IMG/VR virus record: IMGVR_UViG_3300045988_075126
Span: 32,001 to 96,000 of that record
Reading direction: 5' to 3' (one strand)
Length of the DNA stretch: 64,000 nt
Source of the DNA: a virus
Shown here piece by piece: positions 8,507-16,500 of this stretch. The translations under genes and the position numbers were made by a program. The notes below the pieces were generated by a model. It saw nothing but the letters and a program-made list of their open reading frames with translations. It was not told where the DNA came from and made no database searches. Every line of letters starts with the position of its first letter. The stretch's first letter is position 1.

Positions 8507-9132
8507 TCTTCATCCTCCTCAAAAGAAAATCCATATTTGTTCTTATAGTATTCTTCATTCATCCTATGAGTATTCCGGTCATAACCTATGGTGTATGGCT
8601 CACCTTCGAAAGCGAAATATCCATGCTTTGTTATGAGATTGTACTTGGCATGATATGCTTTTATAGGCATATCCGCAAATTTGAATCTTGTCTGTTGCGG
8701 AATGCAGGATATAACTCTGAATTTCTCCATCTGCATGGTTCTTTGCCAGCTTTTTACCCTTTTACTTATTGTTGCTTTCTCATACGCTTTCTTTAAATTT
8801 GCCAAACTATTCCTTTTAAGTCTTTCGATAGTTTCATTCGAATGAGTAAGCTTTAGTCTTTTTGCCGCCTTTCCTACTGTAGACGGATGACACCCTACAA
8901 TCTCGGCAATCTCTTTGACTGAATGGTTGGTGTAAAGCTTTGCAATTTGTTCATCACGCTTCTTGTTGGGTTTCGGAACAGGTCTTTTATGTTCGATTTT
9001 ACAATTGCAATCATGTAGAATCTTATACAAGAATTTCACGCTGACACCCATTCTTTGTGCCAACTTGTATCTTGGTCGTTCATTTATGTGCGCCTTAATG
9101 ATGTCTATTGTATCTTGTTCTATTATCTTCAT
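8491..9132 (-). CDS. double helix-turn-helix DNA-binding protein (paralog B)
   Basis: 213 aa. HTH-like units (YKLAQRMGVSVKFLYKIL; VKEIAEIVGCHPSTVGKAAKRL). Tandem paralog of 7889-8506. Confidence 0.7.
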   Translation of the reverse strand: MKIIEQDTIDIIKAHINERPRYKLAQRMGVSVKFLYKILHDCNCKIEHKRPVPKPNKKRDEQIAKLYTNHSVKEIAEIVGCHPSTVGKAAKRLKLTHSNETIERLKRNSLANLKKAYEKATISKRVKSWQRTMQMEKFRVISCIPQQTRFKFADMPIKAYHAKYNLITKHGYFAFEGEPYTIGYDRNTHRMNEEYYKNKYGFSFEEDEECQED

Positions 9133-9139
9133 TTTTATT

Positions 9140-9203
9140 CAGTTTTTTATGGTGTGACTCACCTGTATTTGCAAAGGTAATGAGATTTTATTGATAGAGC
9201 AAA
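9140..9203 (-). promoter_or_regulatory. promoter (-33 TTTG, -7 TACCTTTG) plus leader hairpin motif (minus strand)
   Basis: Minus strand: TTTG (9203-9200), 20 nt, TACCTTTG (9179-9172), then GGTGAGTCACACCATAAAAAACTG (9163-9140), 7 nt before ATG 9132. Confidence 0.6.
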
Positions 9204-9312
9204 TAATTTAATGTGTTATAACTTTGTTTAAGGAAATATTTAATTATTTGCACAAAAATTAATTGTGTAGTTTTCTGACTCGGCTATTTTCACATTATTA
9301 TATATAAATAGC

Positions 9313-9320
9313 TATCTTTG
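9313..9320 (+). promoter_or_regulatory. Bacteroidota-type -7 box (TATCTTTG)
   Basis: TAnnTTTG 19 nt upstream of ATG 9340. Divergent from the minus-strand promoter at 9172. Confidence 0.45.
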
Positions 9321-9339
9321 CAACAAAAAACATAAGGAA

Positions 9340-9768
9340 ATGACAGCGGAAACTATTCAATTAATACAGACGGGAATTAATCTTCTTTGCGCATCGGGAG
9401 TTATCTCCACGTTGCTGTACTATAATAGTAGAAAACGAAAGGAGGCGGCACTCGCATCACAGGAAGAGAATAAGACTATTTCATCATATGCCGATGAGTG
9501 GAAGGCTCTCTATGAACGTTCCAACGAGTCGGTCGTTAATCTTAATAGTAAAGTAGATGAATTGTATGAGGAAATCAATCAGTATCGTATTACCATACGC
9601 AATCTTAGGGATGAGAAGAACGATTTGAAGCTTGCCTTGCATGAGGCACAATGGAACAGATGCATCAAGGATGGATGCCAACTTAGAACCCCACCAAGAA
9701 AACGAGATTCTTTAGAAGCATTTGTTGAAAAAGAAGAGAGTGCTATATATCGTGACAGGGAGGATTAA
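9340..9768 (+). CDS. membrane-anchored coiled-coil protein, first gene of lysis cassette
   Basis: 142 aa. N-terminal TM (INLLCASGVISTLLYY), then a coiled coil. Precedes the holin and endolysin. Confidence 0.55.
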   Translation: MTAETIQLIQTGINLLCASGVISTLLYYNSRKRKEAALASQEENKTISSYADEWKALYERSNESVVNLNSKVDELYEEINQYRITIRNLRDEKNDLKLALHEAQWNRCIKDGCQLRTPPRKRDSLEAFVEKEESAIYRDRED

Positions 9769-9771
9769 AAT

Positions 9772-10041
9772 ATGATTAAGTATCTGAAATTACTTATACA
9801 AGTTAATAGCGGACATTCAAGCAAGGCATTCTTCTTAGTGTCCGTGACCTTGATAGGTTTCTTGATGCTCTTAGTTGTATGCTTCATCTTAGTGTGGGAA
9901 GTGGTGACTTATGGGACGATCAAGACCGATTTGATGGGGTTAAGTGCATTTGTTGGTAGTGTGGCTAGTTTGTTCGTCACGGCTGGCATTACCAAGACTA
10001 TAGGGGAACGTGGCGAACATCAAAGCGAAAAAGATAAATAG
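9772..10041 (+). CDS. putative holin
   Basis: 89 aa with two TM segments and a charged C-terminus (ERGEHQSEKDK), directly upstream of the endolysin. Confidence 0.6.
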   Translation: MIKYLKLLIQVNSGHSSKAFFLVSVTLIGFLMLLVVCFILVWEVVTYGTIKTDLMGLSAFVGSVASLFVTAGITKTIGERGEHQSEKDK

Positions 10042-10044
10042 ACT

Positions 10045-10593
10045 ATGGCAGACTCAAGTATTTTAAAACCATTCATTCTCTCATTCGAGGGTGGATATTC
10101 TAACAAAAAGAGTGACAGGGGAGGCGCAACGATGAAAGGTGTGACCCTAGAGACGTTCCGTAAAGTTTATGGTGCTAGTAAGACCGCATCGGACTTGAAG
10201 AAGATAACCGATGAACAATGGCATCACATATTCAAGAAATACTATTGGGATGCTTGTAAAGCTGACCAAATCAACAACCAGTCGGTGGCTAATCTCTTGG
10301 TTGACTTTGCTTATAATAGTGGAGTAAGCAGAGCCGTACAAAAGATTCAGACTATCGTAGGAACAAAAGCTGATGGTATCATGGGTAACATGACCTTGGC
10401 TGCTATCAATTCATACAAACAAGGCCAATGGTCGTTGTTCGATAAGTTGAAGGTGTCACGAATTGCCTTTCTCAATGCGTTTGTGAACAATGACCCAAAG
10501 CAAAGTGTGAACCTGCATGGATGGCTTCGAAGAGTTGGAAATATACAATACGGAAAGCTCGTATGTAACAACGGAAAGATAATCACTTGGTAA
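10045..10593 (+). CDS. endolysin, GH108-type lysozyme with C-terminal peptidoglycan-binding domain
   Basis: N-terminus ILKPFILSFEGGYSNKKSDRGGATMKGVT matches the GH108 EGGY..D.GG.T..G signature. C-terminal part resembles PG_binding_3. Confidence 0.8.
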   Translation: MADSSILKPFILSFEGGYSNKKSDRGGATMKGVTLETFRKVYGASKTASDLKKITDEQWHHIFKKYYWDACKADQINNQSVANLLVDFAYNSGVSRAVQKIQTIVGTKADGIMGNMTLAAINSYKQGQWSLFDKLKVSRIAFLNAFVNNDPKQSVNLHGWLRRVGNIQYGKLVCNNGKIITW

Positions 10594-10725
10594 TCTTACG
10601 AGATACAGGCTCAACTAAGGCATTAGTAAGACCATCATCCTTAATTGGGTGGTGGTTTTTCTTCACTTTTGAAATTTTGAAAAAGAGAGAGTGGGCAGAA
10701 AAATTGTTCCTATTGGTTTTATTTG

Positions 10726-10733
10726 TACCTTTG
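10726..10733 (+). promoter_or_regulatory. Bacteroidota-type -7 box (TACCTTTG)
   Basis: TAnnTTTG with ATTG 19 nt upstream, 20 nt before ATG 10754. Confidence 0.4.
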
Positions 10734-10753
10734 CACACAAAAAGGAGGTTGAT

Positions 10754-11347
10754 ATGGAGCTTAGATTTGATTGGTGGCGTTGGCTCGTTACCATATTGGT
10801 AGGTTTCTTCATCATGCTTATGATGTACGGATGCCGGACGACAAGATATGTAGATGTAGAAAAAGTGGTGCGAGACACTACGACTTATGCCCATTGGGAC
10901 TCAATTGTCAACGAAAGGGTCAAGCTTATTCGGGATAGCTTGCTGTCTTATCATTGGGAGCAGACCGAAAAGCAGGTTAAGGATTCCACTTACATCAAGG
11001 ATGATGTCAAGACAAGGGTAGATGAGAGTGGTAAGGTGCTAGGTAAGGATTCTACTCATATAGAGATTAGATACAGGGACAGCAAGGAACTATCCAAGGT
11101 TCGTGATAGCCTTATTCATTATAAGGAGATAGCAGAGCGAGCGAGTATATATAAGGCTCAGAGGGATAGCCTAAACAGAGAATTGAGTATTGCCCAGACC
11201 AAAAAGGAATATATTGAGAAAGACTTGGAGGGATGGGACTTGTTCTATTGGAAATTCGGTATGATTTCCTTTTGGGTCGTTTCCTTGATGCTGGTTACGA
11301 TGATTTTCTTTCTCACAGTAAAATATAAGAAAAAGTTATTTTATTAG
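10754..11347 (+). CDS. putative unimolecular spanin
   Basis: Internal ATG of ORF 10691-11347. N-terminal lipoprotein-like signal (LVTILVGFFIMLMMYGC), central coiled coil, C-terminal TM (FGMISFWVVSLMLVTMIFFLTV). This is the architecture of T1 gp11-type u-spanins. Confidence 0.55.
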   Translation: MELRFDWWRWLVTILVGFFIMLMMYGCRTTRYVDVEKVVRDTTTYAHWDSIVNERVKLIRDSLLSYHWEQTEKQVKDSTYIKDDVKTRVDESGKVLGKDSTHIEIRYRDSKELSKVRDSLIHYKEIAERASIYKAQRDSLNRELSIAQTKKEYIEKDLEGWDLFYWKFGMISFWVVSLMLVTMIFFLTVKYKKKLFY

Positions 11348-11398
11348 GTTGGTTTTTAGTTATTAAGGTTTTAGATTGGTTTAAGGTAACAACTTATG

Positions 11399-11437
11399 GA
11401 GCAGCTGCCAGTGATGGTGGTTGCTCTCTTTTTTTTG
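11399..11437 (+). terminator. intrinsic terminator
   Basis: GAGCAGC(11399-11405)/GTTGCTC(11420-11426) hairpin followed by TCTTTTTTTT. Confidence 0.6.
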
Positions 11438-11569
11438 TCTTGAAAATGCCTTAGAGTGTAAAATGTTAAAATTGCAAGCGACTTAATGTATTTGCGGTTT
11501 TATATATGTAACTAAAATTGTGTTGTGTGTTAAAAATGTGCAATTAGAATAGAATAACACATTAAAACC

Positions 11570-11600
11570 CTTGCAGTTTGAAAATAAATTAGTATCTTTG
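11570..11600 (+). promoter_or_regulatory. promoter of the conserved phage family (CTTG -33, TATCTTTG -7)
   Basis: ACATTAAAACCCTTGCA...(19 nt)...TATCTTTGCAGCG. Same architecture as the repeated cassettes at 15834, 22869, 52828. Confidence 0.6.
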
Positions 11601-11606
11601 CAGCGT

Positions 11607-11740
11607 GCTTTGTTGGTGCTGACACGCTTACAAGAATCAATAAGATTTTCCGTGGCGAAAGCCACATCACGATAATCCTTACCTAGATTTCGGTGTCAGA
11701 CGAATGAAGGGTAAGGATTTCTTTTATCCTTATTAGAATA
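11607..11740 (+). promoter_or_regulatory. structured 5' leader with alternative pairings
   Basis: GNRA hairpin GTGGC-GAAA-GCCAC (11652-11665). CTGACAC(11619-25)/GTGTCAG(11693-99). AATCCTTACC(11674-83)/GGTAAGGATT(11710-19), competing with TAAGGAT(11712-18)/ATCCTTA(11726-32). Confidence 0.5.
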
Positions 11741-11755
11741 AAAAGTGTTATAATT

Positions 11756-12649
11756 ATGAGGAATAGAACATTGAACATACCAATTGCAAGATTGTCTAAA
11801 GCCTTGGAGAATGAAGAGGCTTTTGAGGTGTTCTGTGCCAGCGTAATTATAAAAGAGCATTTTGAATTTTCAACTTTACATACTAAAGGAAAGCCGATTA
11901 AGGCTTTAATGAAATGTCTTCATTGCAAGTACAACACTGCAAAGAGAGTTTTCGATGCGATGTTGAAATCTAAGGCTGTTTCATATTGCGAAAAGAATGG
12001 TGTGCTTTTTTGCAAGCCATTCCGTAACAACATGAAATCTTGCTATCATGGTTACAAGGCAACAAGCGAAGACAATGTATATAAGTTGAAATATGACAAA
12101 GACCAGCCACATACTTTAAGGGAGATAAAGAAAATGCTCCGACTCGTTCTTCTAAAAAACGATGTACTTGTTCGTCAAAGGGCTACTTATAAGACTTCAC
12201 ATAAAAATTCCGTAGAGATACCGGAGAAGGAACAGGTACAGACCCATCGCATGTTTGGAAAGCGAATTGGACGTTCTAAGTCAACCGTTTCAAGGTACAT
12301 CAAGCAAATGGTGAATGATGGTGTAGTAAGAGAGAGTAAATTAGTATCTGAATGTGTTATTCCCCATTTAAATGATGTTACTGCGAAACAATGGTATGCA
12401 AAAAATCCAAAGAAAGGTCGTTTCTTTGCGTGGCGCAATGTAAAGACTGGAGAATGGTCTGGTTGGCAAACTCTCGGAAAGGTTTATACGATGAATGATG
12501 CTAAAGAAGAGCGTAAGTTTATGCACTTGCTTTGGAATCATGTACATCGTGTAACTACTAAGTTTACAAAGAAAGGAATAGGAGAAAATGACTTAATAGA
12601 AGGTAATGAGTATCTTACAAATTATATGGGTAAAAAACAAAAAATGTAA
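11756..12649 (+). CDS. putative DNA-binding regulator / replication-associated protein
   Basis: 297 aa with an HTH-like segment GRSKSTVSRYIKQMVNDGVV. Function otherwise unknown. Confidence 0.6.
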   Translation: MRNRTLNIPIARLSKALENEEAFEVFCASVIIKEHFEFSTLHTKGKPIKALMKCLHCKYNTAKRVFDAMLKSKAVSYCEKNGVLFCKPFRNNMKSCYHGYKATSEDNVYKLKYDKDQPHTLREIKKMLRLVLLKNDVLVRQRATYKTSHKNSVEIPEKEQVQTHRMFGKRIGRSKSTVSRYIKQMVNDGVVRESKLVSECVIPHLNDVTAKQWYAKNPKKGRFFAWRNVKTGEWSGWQTLGKVYTMNDAKEERKFMHLLWNHVHRVTTKFTKKGIGENDLIEGNEYLTNYMGKKQKM

Positions 12650-12722
12650 GTATTTCCCTTTTGCAACACATATATTACTTCACTTCACTATATCCTAGCG
12701 TATATGTGAGCAAGTAATAGAT

Positions 12723-12751
12723 TATAGTGATATACATAGTATATCGCTATA
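12723..12751. repeat. 12-bp inverted repeat in AT-rich intergenic region
   Basis: TATAGTGATATA (12723-34) / TATATCGCTATA (12740-51), with one T.G position. Lies between the putative regulator and the RNase H gene. Confidence 0.5.
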
Positions 12752-12760
12752 ACATAGTAG

Positions 12761-13528
12761 ATGGTTGCTTGTAGGGAAGAAAACAAACAAAAGAAAGAAG
12801 CTATGGGAGAAAGAAGACAAACAGAGGGCGATGAGCACAGAATCGTTGCAAAGCCAACTTATGAAGAGTTTGCAATGTATTGCTCGATGGCAGGTTTTAT
12901 GAAAGACAATCTAAAGTGGCTTTATGGTCGCTTCGATGATGTCGGATGGTTGCTACCAAGCGGTAAAGTCCCTAAGAAATGGGAGGATTTGGTCAAGAAA
13001 TGGAATTCCTTGAAGAACCCAAGCCAGACTTACCGCAAGCATGGTTTCAAGTTCAAGACCAAGGAAGAGAAGATGCACGACTGCTACGAAGTGTGGACAG
13101 ATGGTTCTGCGGTACTTAGGACTGATACCAAGCGAAGAAAGTATACTGGTGGTGCTGCCTATGTGATTTTACACGAAGGCAAGGTGTATAAGCAGGGAAA
13201 CTACGGAACTATAGACACGACAATTAGCCGTATGGAGCTTTTGGCAATCATTTGTGGTGTCGGTCATTGTCCACAGGGTGCGGCTGTGACGGTTCATAGT
13301 GATAGCCAATATGCACTTAAGACTTTGAGCGGTGTTTATTCTGCACACAAGAACTTAGACTTGATGGAGAAGTTTAGAAAGCATTCCGCTCATATAGCAC
13401 ACATCACTTGGCGCAAGGTGAAGAGTCACACAGGAGTTGAGTACAATGAGCTTTGCGACCGATTGGCGAACGAAGGTAGAATAGCTGCCGAGATAAAGGC
13501 AGGTTTAAGAGTAAATTCAAAAGCTTAG
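12761..13528 (+). CDS. rnhA: RNase HI fused to an N-terminal domain of unknown function
   Basis: C-terminal half has RNase H1 motifs: VWTDGSA, SRMELLAI, VHSDSQYA, KVKSHTG..NELCDRLA. True start uncertain. Confidence 0.75.
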   Translation: MVACREENKQKKEAMGERRQTEGDEHRIVAKPTYEEFAMYCSMAGFMKDNLKWLYGRFDDVGWLLPSGKVPKKWEDLVKKWNSLKNPSQTYRKHGFKFKTKEEKMHDCYEVWTDGSAVLRTDTKRRKYTGGAAYVILHEGKVYKQGNYGTIDTTISRMELLAIICGVGHCPQGAAVTVHSDSQYALKTLSGVYSAHKNLDLMEKFRKHSAHIAHITWRKVKSHTGVEYNELCDRLANEGRIAAEIKAGLRVNSKA

Positions 13529-13532
13529 AGGA

Positions 13533-14582
13533 ATGAAGATACGGACATTTCAACTTTGTGCTGGGTATGACTCTCAACTGATGGCTTTAGAGCGGTTGAA
13601 AAAGAAACATTCTGATTTCGATTACGAGTGCATCGGTTGGTCGGAGATAGAGCCAAGTGCAATAGCTTTGCATAACGCTTGCTTTCCTCATCTATCCGGC
13701 AAGAACTTTGGTGACATGACAAAGATAGATTGGAGCAAGGTTGAAGACTTTGACTTGCTGACATATTCAACACCTTGCCAGTCTGTTTCGCAAGCCGGAA
13801 AGCAGGAAGGAATAGAGGAGGGAAGTAATACCCGTTCCTCTATCCTTTGGTTCACAAGAAACACCATTATTACCAGGAGACCGAAATACCTCTTAATGGA
13901 GAATGTAGAGGCTTTGGTTCAAACAAAGTTTATCGGGTTCTTCAACAAGTGGCGCAAGGAGTTGGAATCCTACGGATATGTTAACTATGCTAAGGTGGTA
14001 AATGCAGCCGACTGCGGTGTTCCTCAGAACAGAAAGCGTGTCTTCATGCTCTCTATACGAAACGATGGTGATAAGATAGATTATCATTTTCCGAGAAAGA
14101 TAAAGCTGGAGAAACACTTAGTTGATGTCTTGGAGGAAAATGTGGACGAGAAGTACTTTTTGAGCGATGCCCTGCTATGTAAAGAGAAGTTTGTGTCAAA
14201 TGAAAGGAAAGAGCCTATGAGTGCAGCTATAAGAACTCGTTCTGAGGGGAAGTGGATAAAAGGCGAAATGCATAGTCCAAAGGTCGAGCTTGGAAAGAAT
14301 ATAGCCAATACCATTACATCTGCGAGCAAGGACTCCTTGGTTGTGCTTGGAGAGACAAGGTTGCGCATTAGGCGTTTGACTCCGAGAGAACTCTTCCGCT
14401 TAATGAACGTTGACGAAGAATACATAGACAAGATGCTTGAAAGTGGAGTGTCGAAGTCAAGTCTTCAAAAGGCTGCTGGAAATTCGATTGTCGTAGCTTG
14501 CATGGAGAGAATATTCAAGGAACTTTGGTTTTCTGAGAGTAATGTTAAGGTCGCTGATGATGGTCAGCTATGTCTATTTTAA
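13533..14582 (+). CDS. dcm: DNA (cytosine-5)-methyltransferase
   Basis: C5-MTase motifs: LCAGYDS (I), STPCQSVSQAG (IV, PCQ), LLMENV (VI), QNRKRVF (VIII), GNSIVV (X). Confidence 0.85.
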   Translation: MKIRTFQLCAGYDSQLMALERLKKKHSDFDYECIGWSEIEPSAIALHNACFPHLSGKNFGDMTKIDWSKVEDFDLLTYSTPCQSVSQAGKQEGIEEGSNTRSSILWFTRNTIITRRPKYLLMENVEALVQTKFIGFFNKWRKELESYGYVNYAKVVNAADCGVPQNRKRVFMLSIRNDGDKIDYHFPRKIKLEKHLVDVLEENVDEKYFLSDALLCKEKFVSNERKEPMSAAIRTRSEGKWIKGEMHSPKVELGKNIANTITSASKDSLVVLGETRLRIRRLTPRELFRLMNVDEEYIDKMLESGVSKSSLQKAAGNSIVVACMERIFKELWFSESNVKVADDGQLCLF

Positions 14583-14860
14583 ATATTGACGATATGATGT
14601 TTTTAAATAGTAACGAGAAAAAGGAGAAAGCAAATGCTATCTCATACAAGATAGATGAGTACATCTGGGGACGAAAGGATTTTGTTACTGATTGCCCCTA
14701 TGATGAGAAAGGCAGATATACCAATGCCATTAATAAAGTTGGTGATTTGGGCTGCAACACTTGCGAATGGCAGGTGAGGCATAACCCAAGAACGCAAGTA
14801 GTTATGTGCTCCCATCCAAAGGAGGAGAATAGCGAGGTTAAGAAACTGTTTAAGGATTAA
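14570..14860 (+). CDS. hypothetical Cys-containing protein
   Basis: ORF track, 96 aa, overlaps the upstream stop by 13 nt. Confidence 0.55.
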   Translation: MSILNIDDMMFLNSNEKKEKANAISYKIDEYIWGRKDFVTDCPYDEKGRYTNAINKVGDLGCNTCEWQVRHNPRTQVVMCSHPKEENSEVKKLFKD

Positions 14861-14865
14861 AGATT

Positions 14866-15258
14866 ATGTATAAAGAAAAGTTAAAGAAAGATTACGAGAA
14901 TGCTTGTAATGCTTACTTGAAGGCATTCTGTGAGAAGCATGAGTTTTATGGATTGGATAATCCGGAGACATATTGGATAGGAGACCAAGTTGGAGAAATA
15001 GCCAATTGCGGTGATTTTACCTTCGATATGGCTACTATTGTAACTGATATAGACAAGGATGCTCCAGAGGAAGAGTTGTTGAAATGGTATGATTATACTA
15101 TTGAAGCTAGTGAGTTCAATTTGCCTGTTCCAAACTTCGACCATTGGCTTATGGGGTGTCCTATAACACCAAGTAAATGGTTCGAGAATATGCGAGCAAA
15201 GCGTAAGGAGTTTGAGGATTTATTAAAACAAGAAAACGAAAGGTTGAAAAATGGATAG
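14866..15258 (+). CDS. hypothetical protein
   Basis: ORF track, 130 aa. Confidence 0.6.
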   Translation: MYKEKLKKDYENACNAYLKAFCEKHEFYGLDNPETYWIGDQVGEIANCGDFTFDMATIVTDIDKDAPEEELLKWYDYTIEASEFNLPVPNFDHWLMGCPITPSKWFENMRAKRKEFEDLLKQENERLKNG

Positions 15259-15529
15259 AAGTAATCTTTTTAATCATTTGTTGAGGCTATTTGATGAAGG
15301 TCTCAGTATGAATACTACCGAGCTTGAATTCGGTACACTTGAAGTAACGGCAGAGAATCGAAGCCAAGGCAAGCAAATCACATTCTTTGCAAAGGGCATG
15401 GAGGATGCAAAGCAGAAAGCTACGGAATGGCAGGTTGGTCAGATGCTCTTGAATTGTGATGACTTTGAAGAGATAGTAATGTTCTTGGCTCAAAGAAAGA
15501 AACTTAAAGCGGAAATGAAGTATGGATAA
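15251..15529 (+). CDS. hypothetical protein
   Basis: ORF track, 92 aa, 8-nt overlap with the upstream gene. Confidence 0.55.
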   Translation: MDRSNLFNHLLRLFDEGLSMNTTELEFGTLEVTAENRSQGKQITFFAKGMEDAKQKATEWQVGQMLLNCDDFEEIVMFLAQRKKLKAEMKYG

Positions 15530-15677
15530 GAATTTTAGAAGTTGCTTTTGTTGTATCCATTTCTTGGGATTACTAAATACTAGCGCAGGTAATGTTTTAA
15601 AATGCAAGAAAGGAAGCACTACGAAAGTACAAGGGAAGAGACTGACAGAAATCGCTGCAAGATGCAAAAATTACAAA

Positions 15678-15701
15678 GCGTGAGGCACACGTTAAAAACT
15701 G
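15678..15701 (+). promoter_or_regulatory. leader hairpin motif copy (CGTG variant)
   Basis: GCGTGAGGCACACGTTAAAAACTG. Followed 12 nt later by only a 10-codon ORF (ATG 15714). Confidence 0.5.
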
Positions 15702-15833
15702 AATTTGATTAATATGGTTACAAAAACTTTCAAGTGTTTGAACGCATAAAATGCAAAAATCTACTAAATGAATGGTTGTATTAATGCTTAAAGATTAAAA
15801 TACTTTAAACACGTATATAAATACATTAAATAA

Positions 15834-15915
15834 CTTGCATATTTCGAGATTTGTTTGTATCTTTGCAATGTAATTAAGAGACAAATTTAAATGGTGAGAC
15901 ACACCACAAAAACTG
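15834..15915 (+). promoter_or_regulatory. promoter-leader cassette (CTTG -33, TATCTTTG -7 at 15858-15865, hairpin motif 15893-15915)
   Basis: ACATTAAATAACTTGCA-20 nt-TATCTTTGCAATG...GGTGAGACACACCACAAAAACTG, 6 nt before ATG 15922. Confidence 0.65.
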
Positions 15916-15921
15916 GAGATA

Positions 15922-16233
15922 ATGACAAAGAAAGAAATTTTAAAACAATGGCTTGATGAACCGAAAGTGAAATATTGTGGCAAATCAAATTTCACGTTAG
16001 GTTATGGTGATGGCTGGGATTGGGTTAAAGATACCCTACGACCAGCTATCACGAAGAATGCGATGTTCCTTAGATTCTTGGAGCATGGTTTCCGTGAGAT
16101 AGAGGGATTTCTGAAATCGAAGACCGGAAAGCCAAGCGAAGAGGATTGCACCTTGTATTCTGTTGGTTACAAAGATGGGGTCAAGGATGCCATGATTGCA
16201 ATTAAGAATAGATTTGAAAAATTAAAATCCTAG
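15922..16233 (+). CDS. hypothetical protein
   Basis: ORF track, 103 aa. Stop TAG directly abuts the putative omega-RNA region. Confidence 0.6.
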   Translation: MTKKEILKQWLDEPKVKYCGKSNFTLGYGDGWDWVKDTLRPAITKNAMFLRFLEHGFREIEGFLKSKTGKPSEEDCTLYSVGYKDGVKDAMIAIKNRFEKLKS

Positions 16234-16500
16234 TTCCGGAAGCCTTTGATTAGGCTACAGCGGTTATCCATTCAATCGTCTGGAGCGGATTAGCCTCAGC
16301 CCCGAATGGAATTGGGAGCTACGTTAGGGATGAATACATAGGCACGTCAGGATGTCCGTCCAAGTTCTGACCTCTGCGGTCGATGATTAAAAGCGAGGAA
16401 ACTTGCGGTGTTGTCGGCAAGAAACCATCCTATAACATTGGCGATGGGCGCACAACCACCTTTCGAGGTGAGATTTATTTATTAATTTAAATTAATTTTT
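16234..16500 (+). ncRNA. putative IscB omega-RNA (HEARO-type) scaffold
   Basis: 267-nt ORF-free, GC-enriched segment immediately 5' of iscB. Helices AGGCTA(16252-57)/TAGCCT(16291-96), CCATTC(16268-73)/GAATGG(16304-09, pseudoknot-type crossing), GTCAGGA(16346-52)/TTCTGAC(16365-71), and CACCT-UUCG-AGGTG (16457-70). Exact 5'/3' ends unknown. Confidence 0.65.
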
